Origin: Armatimonadota bacterium
GTDB taxonomy: Bacteria > Sysuimicrobiota > Sysuimicrobiia > Sysuimicrobiales > Kaftiobacteriaceae
Assembly (NCBI GenBank): GCA_020028455.1
Contig: JAHZOA010000005.1
Coordinates: 1-50,132, forward strand
Direction: 5' to 3'
DNA: 50,132 bases
A model generated the notes under the pieces. That model ran no database searches. It was given only the letters and a program-made list of their open reading frames with translations, and was not told the origin of the DNA. The position numbers and the translations under genes are program-made. Of the stretch, positions 19,439 through 28,500 are shown piece by piece (position 1 is the first letter of the stretch; the number at the start of each line of letters is the position of its first letter).

Positions 19439-19946
19439 CTGCTTTCACAAGTGCCTCGGTGATGGCGATGTATCGCGATCCCTGGGGGATGAACGCAATC
19501 TCCCGCTCGTTCTCGCGATCCGTGAAGCGGATTTCGACCCACAGGTATGCGGAGGGAAGCATGCTCCGTATTTTCTCTGCCCACTCGATGACAACGACCC
19601 CGTCTCGCTCCAGGATCTCGTCAAAACCAATGTCCTCGATCTGTCGCGGGGCATCGAGCCGGTAGAGATCAACATGGGCAATCGAAACGGGTCCGGAGTA
19701 TTCTCTGACGAGCGTGAAGGTGGGACTGGCGAAATAGCCGGCCGCGCCTGCCCCTTGAGCGATCCCGCGGGTCAGGACCGTCTTCCCCGCACCGAGATCT
19801 CCCGACAGGGCGATCACATCGCCGGATCGCAGTAGGTGACCCAAACGCCGTCCCAAGGATTCAGTCTGCTCTGAGGTTGCTGTTCGGATGGCGTAGGTGG
19901 AAGGGGGCGTCCCCATTCGACTCGCCCGCAGTGCGGGCTCGCTCAT
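19419..19946 (-). CDS. tsaE: t6A biosynthesis ATPase TsaE
   Basis: GDLGAGKT, SPTFTL, HVDLYRL, IEWA. Start 19946 or 19916, both inside the repeat. Confidence 0.94.
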   Translation of the reverse strand: MSEPALRASRMGTPPSTYAIRTATSEQTESLGRRLGHLLRSGDVIALSGDLGAGKTVLTRGIAQGAGAAGYFASPTFTLVREYSGPVSIAHVDLYRLDAPRQIEDIGFDEILERDGVVVIEWAEKIRSMLPSAYLWVEIRFTDRENEREIAFIPQGSRYIAITEALVKADAHPRH

Positions 19947-19995
19947 GGCCTTCGGCCGCCGATGCGAGTCGAATGCCCTGAGCCTGTCGAAGGGC
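19913..19995. repeat. dispersed structured repeat, copy 2
   Basis: ccattcgactcgcccgcagtgcgggctcgctcatggccttcggcc...cgagtcgaatgccctgagcctgtcgaagggc. Confidence 0.9.
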
Positions 19996-20004
19996 GCGAT
20001 TGCC

Positions 20005-21330
20005 TCATCGTTGGGCCGGCCGAACTCTCAATCGGAGCCCATCCACGCTCACGACCTCGACCCGTTGGCCTTCGGAAATCTGACCCGCGTCGGTCTTCGC
20101 CGTCCACATCTCGCCGGCCACGTACACCATCCCATCTGGGGAGAGATCGGTTCGCGCGACTCCCTTAGCGCCGACCAGACTCTCGCTACCCATCCTGGAC
20201 CGCGCCTTTTGCGCGCGCACGCCTGCACCAACCGCAAAGAGGAAGAACATCCCGGTGAGCACCGCCATAAAGAGCGCCAGCTGCAACGAGACTCTCAGGA
20301 ATGGCGCCTGCCGTTCGGTGAGGAGCAAGGCGCCCAGGAAGAAGGCGATCACTCCGCCGATAGTGAGGACCCCGTGGCCGGGGACCTTGATATCTGCAAT
20401 GAAGAACACGAGCGACAGCAGGATGAGCGCGACCCCCGCGACGTTCACCTGGAGTACGGCAAACGAAGCCAGCGCCAGAATCAACGCGATGCCGCCGACG
20501 ACGCCGGGAAGGATTGCGCTCGGATTGCTGAGCTCAAAGATAATCCCGTAGATGGCGATGGTCATCAAGATGAGCCCGATATTCGGATCGCTGATGAGGT
20601 CGAGGAATCTCTCGGTGATGTCCATGGGGAATGTGCGGACGGGCACGCCTTTGGTGGTGAGCGGCACGGCCCAGGTCTCTGAGGCGACGCCCCGGCCGTG
20701 GATTTTTGCCAGGAGATCATCGAGGTCCGTCGCCACAAGATCGACGACCTTGAGCCGTACGGCTTCAGCTTCATCGATGGACACACTCTGGCGGACCGCC
20801 TTTTCAGCCCAATCGGCATTCCTGTTCCTGCGCCGGGCGATCGTCCGAATGTTGGCGACAGAGTCATTTGTGACTTTCTCGAGCATCGTCTGGTCCTGCT
20901 GACCGTCCTGGCCCACGACGACCGGGTGCGCAGCCCCGATGTGCGTAGCGGGGGCCATGGCGGCGATGTGCGCCGCGTAGGTAACGAATACTCCCGCGGA
21001 GGCTGCTCGGGCGCCCTCAGGACTGATGTAGACGATTACAGGGACTTTCGCATTCAGCAGGGCTTTGGTGATCTCGTCCATGGACTTGAGAAGACCGCCC
21101 GGGGTGTCGAGCTCGACCACGAGCGCGTTCGCGCGTTTACTTTCCGCTTCGCGGAGCGCCCTGAGTATGTAGCGGGCGCTGCTGGGGGCGATGATGCCGT
21201 CGACGCGAATGCGGATGATCTCCCCGGGCGGCGGCTGCACTGGTGCCGCGGTCACCAGACCGGTCCACACGAGGAGTGTCACCGTCAACAACCACAGCCG
21301 CCTGCTCACGCCAAATCCCTCCCTGATCAT
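20005..21330 (-). CDS. nfeD: long-form NfeD membrane-bound serine protease (ClpP-like domain, TM region, OB fold)
   Basis: Signal peptide, LDTPGG, AASAG, IGAAHPV, a TM bundle and C-terminal G.V...GE.W.A. Confidence 0.9.
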   Translation of the reverse strand: MIREGFGVSRRLWLLTVTLLVWTGLVTAAPVQPPPGEIIRIRVDGIIAPSSARYILRALREAESKRANALVVELDTPGGLLKSMDEITKALLNAKVPVIVYISPEGARAASAGVFVTYAAHIAAMAPATHIGAAHPVVVGQDGQQDQTMLEKVTNDSVANIRTIARRRNRNADWAEKAVRQSVSIDEAEAVRLKVVDLVATDLDDLLAKIHGRGVASETWAVPLTTKGVPVRTFPMDITERFLDLISDPNIGLILMTIAIYGIIFELSNPSAILPGVVGGIALILALASFAVLQVNVAGVALILLSLVFFIADIKVPGHGVLTIGGVIAFFLGALLLTERQAPFLRVSLQLALFMAVLTGMFFLFAVGAGVRAQKARSRMGSESLVGAKGVARTDLSPDGMVYVAGEMWTAKTDAGQISEGQRVEVVSVDGLRLRVRPAQR

Positions 21331-23024
21331 CGTTCGCCCTTCGCGCTCTTCGCGAGTTTGGGCGAAAGGCCGCCCCGGCTCTCGCCCTGATGTTCAAAGA
21401 TTCGCTTCACGTCATCCAACGTATTGATTTCATCCGCGGTCTTATCGTCCCGGATGCGCTTGATTCGAGGGAACCGCAGCGCGTAACCGCTTTCGTGCCG
21501 GTCACTCCGCGTGACTGCGTCGAACGCCACCTCGAGCACGATGTTCGGCTCGACGATCTTCACTCGCCCGAGGTCCTTGGTCGTGTGCTGCTGGAACCAC
21601 CGCGTCAGCTCCAGGATCTCGACGTCCGTGAGTCCTGAGTAGGCCTTGCCGATCGTCACCAACGCATCGCCGTTTCGTACCGCGAAGGTCACATCGCTCA
21701 ACACGCTCGCCCGCTTGCCATGCCCGTGCTCGGCGGCGACAACGACAACGTCAAGAGTCGCGAGTTCCTCCTTAAGCTTCATCCACTGCCGGCCCCGCCT
21801 GCCCGGCTGGTACCGTGAGGTGGGCCGCTTGATCACAAGACCTTCATTGCCACGGTCACGCGCCTCGCGAAACTGGGACGCCAATTGCTCCGGATTGTCA
21901 GCGACCGTCCACATCGCCGACTGCACAGCGCCACCCAAGGGAAGGCCGCGCAGCGCCTTCTGGCGCTCGAGCAGGGGCCGGTCCATCAACACCTCTCCAT
22001 CCAGGTACAGTAGATCGAATGCGAACATCACGACCGGCACGGTACCGACTAAGTCCGAGGGGTCCTTCCGGCGAAGGCGCTGCTGCAGTGCGGAGAATGG
22101 GATCGCCCTTTCGTCCTTCCAGGCGATGATCTCGCCGTCGAGGATGTACCGGTGTCCTAGCGCCCGAAGATCGCCGTGGAGCTCCGGGAAGGAGGGCGTG
22201 ATCTCGTCGAGGGTGCGCGAATAGATCGCGAGCCGTGTGCCGTCATGATGGACCTGCGCGCGTATGCCGTCGTACTTGTCCTCAACGAGCAATGACTCGG
22301 GCCTGTCGCCATCGGCGCGGGTGAGTGCAAATGCTTCTTCGGGGGTGAACACTGTTTCTGCCAGCATGAAATGAAACGGGCGGAAGAGCGTGAGTGTCGC
22401 CTGATCAAGGTTTCCGTGGCGCGCCATCACGGCAACCATGCCGATGTCACTGACCAGCATGTTGGCGCGGCGCACGGTGGTGACCGGCACGTCGAACGCC
22501 TTCGCGATGGCTTCTTCGAGCAGACCTTCCTTCAAGCCGACCCGCAGATCCGAGGTGATGATGCGGACCAGGTACTTGGCTTCCAGGGGATCTGCGTCGC
22601 TCAGTAAAGTGCGCATCCCGTCGATCTTCACCTGGCGCGATCCCTTACCGGTGGCGCCGGCCATTCGCGTGAACGCGGCATCGACCGCCGGAAGTGTCAT
22701 CGGGGTACGAAACAGTGGGGCGTGGCGTCTCTGATGCAGCAAGTCGTAGGCCGCGGCGCCAAGATCGCCGTGGCGCAGATAGACCTGGTCCAGCGCCTCG
22801 CCGGTGGCACCGCTCACGTCCAGCAGAGCCTCAACAATGGCTGACCACCCGACATTGAGGGCGCGCCCGTCACCTGCCGGGAAGGGTGAGCCTGTGAGAT
22901 AGGTGCAGGCGATGCGCAGCTCTTCGTCGGTCAGGGTCTTGAGGTAGTCGGCAACGAGGTCGCGCTTTGCGATTTTGCTTGTTGTCCCGGAAATCGCTTC
23001 CAGGACTTCTGCCAACCTGCGCAT
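21327..23024 (-). CDS. ATP-dependent DNA ligase (LigB/archaeal-like architecture)
   Basis: N-terminal DNA-binding domain, EDKYDG, LDGE, FDLL, EGLVIK, W.KLK, LRFPR..RIRDDK. Confidence 0.93.
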   Translation of the reverse strand: MRRLAEVLEAISGTTSKIAKRDLVADYLKTLTDEELRIACTYLTGSPFPAGDGRALNVGWSAIVEALLDVSGATGEALDQVYLRHGDLGAAAYDLLHQRRHAPLFRTPMTLPAVDAAFTRMAGATGKGSRQVKIDGMRTLLSDADPLEAKYLVRIITSDLRVGLKEGLLEEAIAKAFDVPVTTVRRANMLVSDIGMVAVMARHGNLDQATLTLFRPFHFMLAETVFTPEEAFALTRADGDRPESLLVEDKYDGIRAQVHHDGTRLAIYSRTLDEITPSFPELHGDLRALGHRYILDGEIIAWKDERAIPFSALQQRLRRKDPSDLVGTVPVVMFAFDLLYLDGEVLMDRPLLERQKALRGLPLGGAVQSAMWTVADNPEQLASQFREARDRGNEGLVIKRPTSRYQPGRRGRQWMKLKEELATLDVVVVAAEHGHGKRASVLSDVTFAVRNGDALVTIGKAYSGLTDVEILELTRWFQQHTTKDLGRVKIVEPNIVLEVAFDAVTRSDRHESGYALRFPRIKRIRDDKTADEINTLDDVKRIFEHQGESRGGLSPKLAKSAKGER

Positions 23025-23042
23025 GACTCTATTCTAACGCAA

Positions 23043-23085
23043 GGGGTCTGACCCCCAGGGGCCTGACCCTTGGGGGCCTGGCCCC
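23043..23085. repeat. three tandem 13-bp palindromes GGGGYCTGRCCCY (period 15)
   Basis: ggggtctgacccc / ggggcctgaccct / ggggcctggcccc. Confidence 0.75.
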
Positions 23086-23117
23086 TAAGTGAAGTTCGTT
23101 GGAGATTCGTTGGAGGT

Positions 23118-24062
23118 TCAATCTGCAAGACCCGGAATACCGCCGATCCCCCTTGCCAATTGAACGCCACGTTTGATCGCCTCGGCCACTGCGCGTTCTG
23201 CGGCGACCCCCAGGGATAGCAGATTGGCTTTGGCCTCACCCAAAGAGAGTGCGAATGTCGTGTCCCCGTCAAACATTGTGTGCGCCGGCGAGATCACCCT
23301 GGCCAGGCCGTCATGGGCGAGCTGAGCGAGCTTGTTGGCCTGTTCCTTCGTCAACCCCGCGTTGGTCGCGACCACCGCCAGCGTGCTGTTTCCGGGGAAA
23401 CCCGGCACCTCTTCCATCGAAAGCAGCATTTCTGTCATGTTGAGAAAATGCCCGGTGGCCGGATCTCGTGCGCCTGCGAGGATCGCACCATTGTCAGGGT
23501 CGATTACATCGCCAAACGCATTGACCACCACAAGCGCGCCGATGACGACTCCGCCCGGCAGCCGGAGCGACCATGTGCCGACCCCGCCCTTCATTGCCGA
23601 GACCGGACCGAGCAGTTTTCCAACGGCGGCCCCGGTACCGACGCCGACGGATCCTTCCTCAACTTTCTCACCGGCGGCGCGCGCAGCCTCATAGCCCATC
23701 TCCGGGCCGGGGCGCACCTTGGCGCTGCCGACCGCGAGATCGAAGATCACCGCAGCCGGGACGATGGGAACCTTGGTGCCTCCGGTCTCAAAGCCAACGC
23801 CGCGTTCCTCAAGAAACCGCACCACACCGTCGGCCGCGGCGAGTCCGAAGGCGCTGCCGCCGGTAAGCAACACGGCGTGCACGCGCTCCACGAGATTCAT
23901 CGGTCGCAGCAGGTCAGTTTCTCGTGTACCCGGCGCCGCGCCACGCACATCCACTCCGCCGACGGCGCCCCGTTCGCATAGGATCACGGTGCACCCGGTC
24001 GCCGCTCTCTTGTCGGTGGCGTGACCGACCTTTATACCCGGTACGTCGGTTATCTGCGGCAT
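23118..24062 (-). CDS. P1/S58 (DmpA-like) peptidase
   Basis: ITDVPGIKVGH, GAAPGTRET, LTGGSAFGL, AHDGLAR.I.PAHT.FDGD. Confidence 0.9.
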   Translation of the reverse strand: MPQITDVPGIKVGHATDKRAATGCTVILCERGAVGGVDVRGAAPGTRETDLLRPMNLVERVHAVLLTGGSAFGLAAADGVVRFLEERGVGFETGGTKVPIVPAAVIFDLAVGSAKVRPGPEMGYEAARAAGEKVEEGSVGVGTGAAVGKLLGPVSAMKGGVGTWSLRLPGGVVIGALVVVNAFGDVIDPDNGAILAGARDPATGHFLNMTEMLLSMEEVPGFPGNSTLAVVATNAGLTKEQANKLAQLAHDGLARVISPAHTMFDGDTTFALSLGEAKANLLSLGVAAERAVAEAIKRGVQLARGIGGIPGLAD

Positions 24063-24066
24063 GGAA

Positions 24067-24834
24067 CTAGCGGGGCCGAGTCTCTCGCACGGATACTTCG
24101 CCCACAGTCACCGGTTGGACACCCGATGCGGTACGAATAAGAAGCGCGCCGCTGTCGTCGACGTCTTCGGCGATACCTTCCAGCATATGCGTACTGCCGA
24201 CTTGCACAGACCGCCCACTGAGAAACGATCGCCGCCTCCAGGCGCGCAAGACGGCTTTTGAATCCTGGGACAACAGATCGTAGAAGTGTTCGACTTGCTC
24301 CAGAACGGCGCGGGTCAACACAGACAGATCGACCGTCCGGCCCAGTGAGGCAAGAACGGTGGTTGCCCCCCTCCGCACGTCCTCCGGGAGCGCATCAAGC
24401 TCGACATTCACATTGATCCCGATGCCAAGGATCGCCACGCCTGCTGCTGATTCTACGAGAATCCCGCCAACCTTCCGGCTTTCAAGGATGACGTCATTAG
24501 GCCACTTCAATTGGATCGTCCGACCGCTCACTGATTCGAGAGCGGCGGCAACCCCCGCGCCAGCCGCAAAACCGATGAGGGGCCACGCTTCCAGGGGGAT
24601 TGTCGGACGCAATACGATCGAGAGCCACAACCCTCCTGACGGAGATGCCCAGGCACTCCCCTTCCTGCCACGACCTCCGGTTTGCTCTCCCGCTAGAGCC
24701 GCGGTCCCTTCCGGCGCATCGGCCTTAGCCATCTCTCGAGCGACGTCGTTTGTTGATCCGACGCTCTCGTATACCAACAGCGGCCGGCCCAGTCGCTGCG
24801 TGCGCAGCCCGTCATGGATGGCGTTAGCCTGCAA
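24067..24834 (-). CDS. birA: biotin-protein ligase (no N-terminal HTH)
   Basis: STN, QTGGRGR.G..W.SP, KWPND, KVGGIL, GIGINVN. Probable TTG start at 24834. Confidence 0.9.
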   Translation of the reverse strand: MQANAIHDGLRTQRLGRPLLVYESVGSTNDVAREMAKADAPEGTAALAGEQTGGRGRKGSAWASPSGGLWLSIVLRPTIPLEAWPLIGFAAGAGVAAALESVSGRTIQLKWPNDVILESRKVGGILVESAAGVAILGIGINVNVELDALPEDVRRGATTVLASLGRTVDLSVLTRAVLEQVEHFYDLLSQDSKAVLRAWRRRSFLSGRSVQVGSTHMLEGIAEDVDDSGALLIRTASGVQPVTVGEVSVRETRPR

Positions 24835-25306
24835 CCTTCCGCACCTCCTGCGCTGAGACGCTGGGGAGGAGATCCGCAATCCGCCGGCCGTCGGGAAGCT
24901 TCAAATCGGGTGCAATCTCAACCAGCGGTTCAAGCACAAACCGCCGGCCGACCATCTCTGGATGTGGGAGGGTCAACCGGTTCCCGTTCGTCACGAGATC
25001 ATCATAGAGCAGGATATCGATATCAATCGTCCGCGGCCCCCAATGAATCTCTCGAGTACGGTTCAGCTCCCGCTCCACTTGCTTGGTCAAGGTGAGGAGT
25101 GCGTCCGGATCGAGGTCTGTCTCGATCTCGGCTGCGAGATTGTAAAACCAGGGCTGTCCGACGTAGCCAATAGGCTCGGTCTCATAGACGGAGGACGCCT
25201 TCACGACGCGCACCTGGCCGGACCCCTCCAGCCCGCGTAGCGCCGCCTCGAGCATCGCTTTGCGGTCGCCGAGGTTGGCACCAAGGCTCAGGTACGCGAT
25301 CGCCAC
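24824..25306 (-). CDS. folK: HPPK (6-hydroxymethyl-dihydropterin pyrophosphokinase)
   Basis: LGANLGD, SSVYET.P, WGPRTIDIDIL, LPHP..R.FVL.PL. Confidence 0.96.
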   Translation of the reverse strand: MAIAYLSLGANLGDRKAMLEAALRGLEGSGQVRVVKASSVYETEPIGYVGQPWFYNLAAEIETDLDPDALLTLTKQVERELNRTREIHWGPRTIDIDILLYDDLVTNGNRLTLPHPEMVGRRFVLEPLVEIAPDLKLPDGRRIADLLPSVSAQEVRKVAG

Positions 25307-25668
25307 TAGCGCCGCTCTCGACGCACTTCCACACTAGAGTAATCGAGCGGGCCGGGTAGCTTCACCTGGGGCTTGCGCACGCGGACGGTGGCAGCCTGGA
25401 CACGATCGAAGGTGAGCAATCGTCGAGCCATGGAATCTGCAAGCGCCTCGAGCAGAGAACGCGACTCGCCCTCCATCGTGTCCTTCACGATGTCGTACAC
25501 GCGGCGATAGTCGATCGTCCGCTCAAGGTCATCGGTACGCCCGGCCTCGCTGAGATCAGCTTCGAGCTCAACGTCGACCACGAAATCCTGTCCGTTCGTG
25601 CGCTCGGTCTGTAGCGCGCCGTGATGCGCGAAGAACTTCATGCCCGCCAAGACGATCCGATCGGTCAT
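25306..25668 (-). CDS. folB: dihydroneopterin aldolase
   Basis: F..HG...E...GQ.F.VD, DDL..TIDY, LLEALA, V.KP. Confidence 0.95.
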   Translation of the reverse strand: MTDRIVLAGMKFFAHHGALQTERTNGQDFVVDVELEADLSEAGRTDDLERTIDYRRVYDIVKDTMEGESRSLLEALADSMARRLLTFDRVQAATVRVRKPQVKLPGPLDYSSVEVRRERR

Positions 25669-25673
25669 TGATA

Positions 25674-26288
25674 TCAGCGTGCCAGCCTGCTCTCGACGAT
25701 CCCCATGACCTCATCACGCAGGCGGTCGGAAGCCGTCACCAGTTCCTGCGCGCGCGCCTCAGTGGCCTGAACGTAACCGTGGTCCTTGATGCTGGAGAGA
25801 TTGATCCGGACGTTGAGGATCGCTCCGTGGACGGCGGCATGCGCCAGCAGCGCGGCCACACCTGCGTCACTGATCGCATTCACGTTTCCTTCTCGTGCCA
25901 CAAGCGCGGCGCTTTTCAATACGTCCGTGGCGTGCGCCGCGACCGCGAGCGGGACCGCGGCCGCCTCGATCAAGGCGCGCTGGATCGTCTGCTGACGCTC
26001 TCTTCGCTGAGCGTCGGTCTCTTTGGGCAGGCGCATGGCCCGCATGACATCGTCAAATGCCTGGGCGTCCTTTGCCGCGAGATCCAGGAGGGTCGTTCGA
26101 TCTTGATCCATTTTGCGGGCAACGGTCTCAATGGACACGCCGCCCTCTTTCACCTTCGTCAAACGGCTGACCATCGCGAGCAAGGCGGCCGCCATCGCGC
26201 CCGTGACAGCAGACGCGCTGCCCCCGCCCGGGGTTGGCTCCGCAGAAGCCACACGGTCGAGAAATCGCGCGAGGGGCTCGCTGATCAC
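25674..26288 (-). CDS. formiminotetrahydrofolate cyclodeaminase / cyclohydrolase family (FTCD_C)
   Basis: PTPGGGSASA, D..AF..VM.A..LPK, GN.NA.SD, NV.INL. Confidence 0.9.
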   Translation of the reverse strand: MISEPLARFLDRVASAEPTPGGGSASAVTGAMAAALLAMVSRLTKVKEGGVSIETVARKMDQDRTTLLDLAAKDAQAFDDVMRAMRLPKETDAQRRERQQTIQRALIEAAAVPLAVAAHATDVLKSAALVAREGNVNAISDAGVAALLAHAAVHGAILNVRINLSSIKDHGYVQATEARAQELVTASDRLRDEVMGIVESRLAR

Positions 26289-27574
26289 TGCTTCTCAGCC
26301 ATCAAGCGCCCGCGGTCGACCACAATGCGGCCCCGTTTGATTACCGTGCTCACCGGATTGACTCCAAACGTCATCGCGATTTGTCGATAGTCATCCACTT
26401 CGAGGATCACGATGTCGGCTGCCTTGCCCGGTTCCAGGCTCCCCACCTCCTCTGCCATTCCAACGGCGTGAGCCGCATTGATCGTCGCGGCCACCACCGC
26501 TTCAGCTGGAGTCATCTTCATGCCGAGGGATGAGAGAGCGATTACCATCGGCACAGAGTATGTGGGGGACGTCCCGGGATTGAAATCGGTGCCGATGGCG
26601 ACGGGCACCTGCAAATCGATGATGCGGCGTGCCGGTGCATACGGGAGACCCAGAAACAGGGCCGTCGCCGGAAGCAGAACGGCCAACGTTCCGCTCTCCG
26701 CCATTGCGCGCAACCCCTCGTCGGATGCGCGCAAGAGGTGGTCTGCTGAGACCGCTTCCAGTTCCGACGCCAGCCGCGCGCCTCCCTGGTCAGACAATTC
26801 ATCCGCGTGCATCTTCAGATCGAGTCCCGCCTCATGCCCTGCCAGCAGCACGTTCCGCGATTGGTCAGGCGTGAACGCGCCGACGTCGCAAAACACGTCA
26901 CAAAACTCCGCCAGATCCTCCTCCACCACAGCGGGAATCATCTCATCAATGATCAGCCGCACATAGCCATCCGGATCACCGGCAAACTCGGGCGGAACCG
27001 CGTGGGCGCCGAGGAATGTCGGAACGAGGTCGGCGTCGTGCAGCGCGCTCAGGCGATGAACGACGCGGAGTGACTTCAACTCGTCCTCGACGGACAGCCC
27101 GTACCCACTCTTGGCCTCGACCGTCGTGGTGCCGTGAACGAGCATGCGATTCAACCGGAGGTTCCCGAGTGCCAGGAGATCATCCTCGGAGGCAGCGCGT
27201 GTAGCGCGCATGGTTGACAGGATGCCCCCGCCCCGGGCGGCGATCTCTTGATAGGTGGCGCCGGCGAGCCGCATCTCGAACTCATCGGCCCGCGACCCGG
27301 CAAACACGAGATGCGTGTGCGGATCCACAAATCCCGGCACCACGACGGTGCCGCGGGCATCGATCGTGGTCGTGCCCGCGGACGCGCTGACTTCGTCGAG
27401 GACCTCAGCCGTCGATCCGGCCGCGATGATCACGCCGTCCGCGACCGCCACGGCCCCGTCCGCGGCCAACCCCAGATCCGCAAGACCGGCCCCACGCCGG
27501 GGGTGTCCGTTGTTTCCGGCAATGGTCAGGAGTTGCGCGGCATGCGTGATGAGGAGATCGGCGGGCAATTTCAT
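26285..27574 (-). CDS. hutI: imidazolonepropionase
   Basis: PGFVDPHTH, GGGILST, E.KSGYGL, HADEL, TDFNPG. Confidence 0.96.
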   Translation of the reverse strand: MKLPADLLITHAAQLLTIAGNNGHPRRGAGLADLGLAADGAVAVADGVIIAAGSTAEVLDEVSASAGTTTIDARGTVVVPGFVDPHTHLVFAGSRADEFEMRLAGATYQEIAARGGGILSTMRATRAASEDDLLALGNLRLNRMLVHGTTTVEAKSGYGLSVEDELKSLRVVHRLSALHDADLVPTFLGAHAVPPEFAGDPDGYVRLIIDEMIPAVVEEDLAEFCDVFCDVGAFTPDQSRNVLLAGHEAGLDLKMHADELSDQGGARLASELEAVSADHLLRASDEGLRAMAESGTLAVLLPATALFLGLPYAPARRIIDLQVPVAIGTDFNPGTSPTYSVPMVIALSSLGMKMTPAEAVVAATINAAHAVGMAEEVGSLEPGKAADIVILEVDDYRQIAMTFGVNPVSTVIKRGRIVVDRGRLMAEKQ

Positions 27575-27590
27575 CGCTGACGCGACGCAG

Positions 27591-28484
27591 CTATTCCATC
27601 AGGTGCGTTTCAAGGATTTGTTCACGCGTGAAGTCGCGGAGGCGAAGGTGGTGGCGGGCGACGTCGACGACCGCGTCGAGGGGAAGCAGACCTACGACCT
27701 CGCTCTCGACGATGGTCACCCCGTAGTGCGCCGCCTCCTCGTTGACCACTTCAAACGCTCGCTGTACGGGGGTCTGCGTGAAATCCACGAGGTTCATCGA
27801 GACCTGCGCCTTGCCACTTTCATTCTTCACGCCCATCGCCTGTACAGCCACCAGTCCGCCGCTGCTCTCGCGGACGGCGCGTGCAATCTTTTTTGCCACT
27901 TCGATGTCGTCTGTACTGAGGTTGATGTTGTAGGCGATGAGCGGGCGACGGGCACCCACGACGGCGGCGCCTGCAGTCGGATGAGGTTTCGCCTCACCGA
28001 AATCCGGCATCCACGCTGGATCAGCGAGTTTGGCCGCGAGGCCCTCGTATTCCCCCTTGCGAATGTCCGGCAGTCGCCGGCGCTCCGGTCTTGTCGCCGC
28101 TTCGGCGTAGAAAAACACCGGGACGCGCAGCCGGTCCCATATTTCTCGGCCGAGCGTCTTCGCGATCCCAACGGCATCGTCCATGGTCACGCCCGAGATC
28201 GGGATGAATGGAATGACGTCGATGGCCCCAAGGCGCGGGTGCTCGCCGCGGTGGGCATTCATGTCGATGAGCTCCACGGCGCGCTCGCACGCGGCCAGCG
28301 CTGCGGTCCTCGCCGCCTCCGGAGTTCCCACGAACGTGACAACGCACCGGTTGTGACTCTCGTCCGCCTGCACATCCAGGAGGCGCGCGCCGTTCGTCCG
28401 CCGGACCTCGTCCGCGATCGCGTCGATGACTTCACGGCGGCGTCCTTCACTGAAGTTAGGAACGCATTCAACCAATCGGGGCAT
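27591..28484 (-). CDS. ftcD: glutamate formiminotransferase
   Basis: ECVPNFSEGR, HNR.V.T, H.GEHPRLGA.DV, HPTAGA..VGAR, QVSMNL. Start moved to ATG 28484 (SD GGAG). Confidence 0.94.
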   Translation of the reverse strand: MPRLVECVPNFSEGRRREVIDAIADEVRRTNGARLLDVQADESHNRCVVTFVGTPEAARTAALAACERAVELIDMNAHRGEHPRLGAIDVIPFIPISGVTMDDAVGIAKTLGREIWDRLRVPVFFYAEAATRPERRRLPDIRKGEYEGLAAKLADPAWMPDFGEAKPHPTAGAAVVGARRPLIAYNINLSTDDIEVAKKIARAVRESSGGLVAVQAMGVKNESGKAQVSMNLVDFTQTPVQRAFEVVNEEAAHYGVTIVESEVVGLLPLDAVVDVARHHLRLRDFTREQILETHLME

Positions 28485-28500
28485 CGATCTCCGTGCGCGG

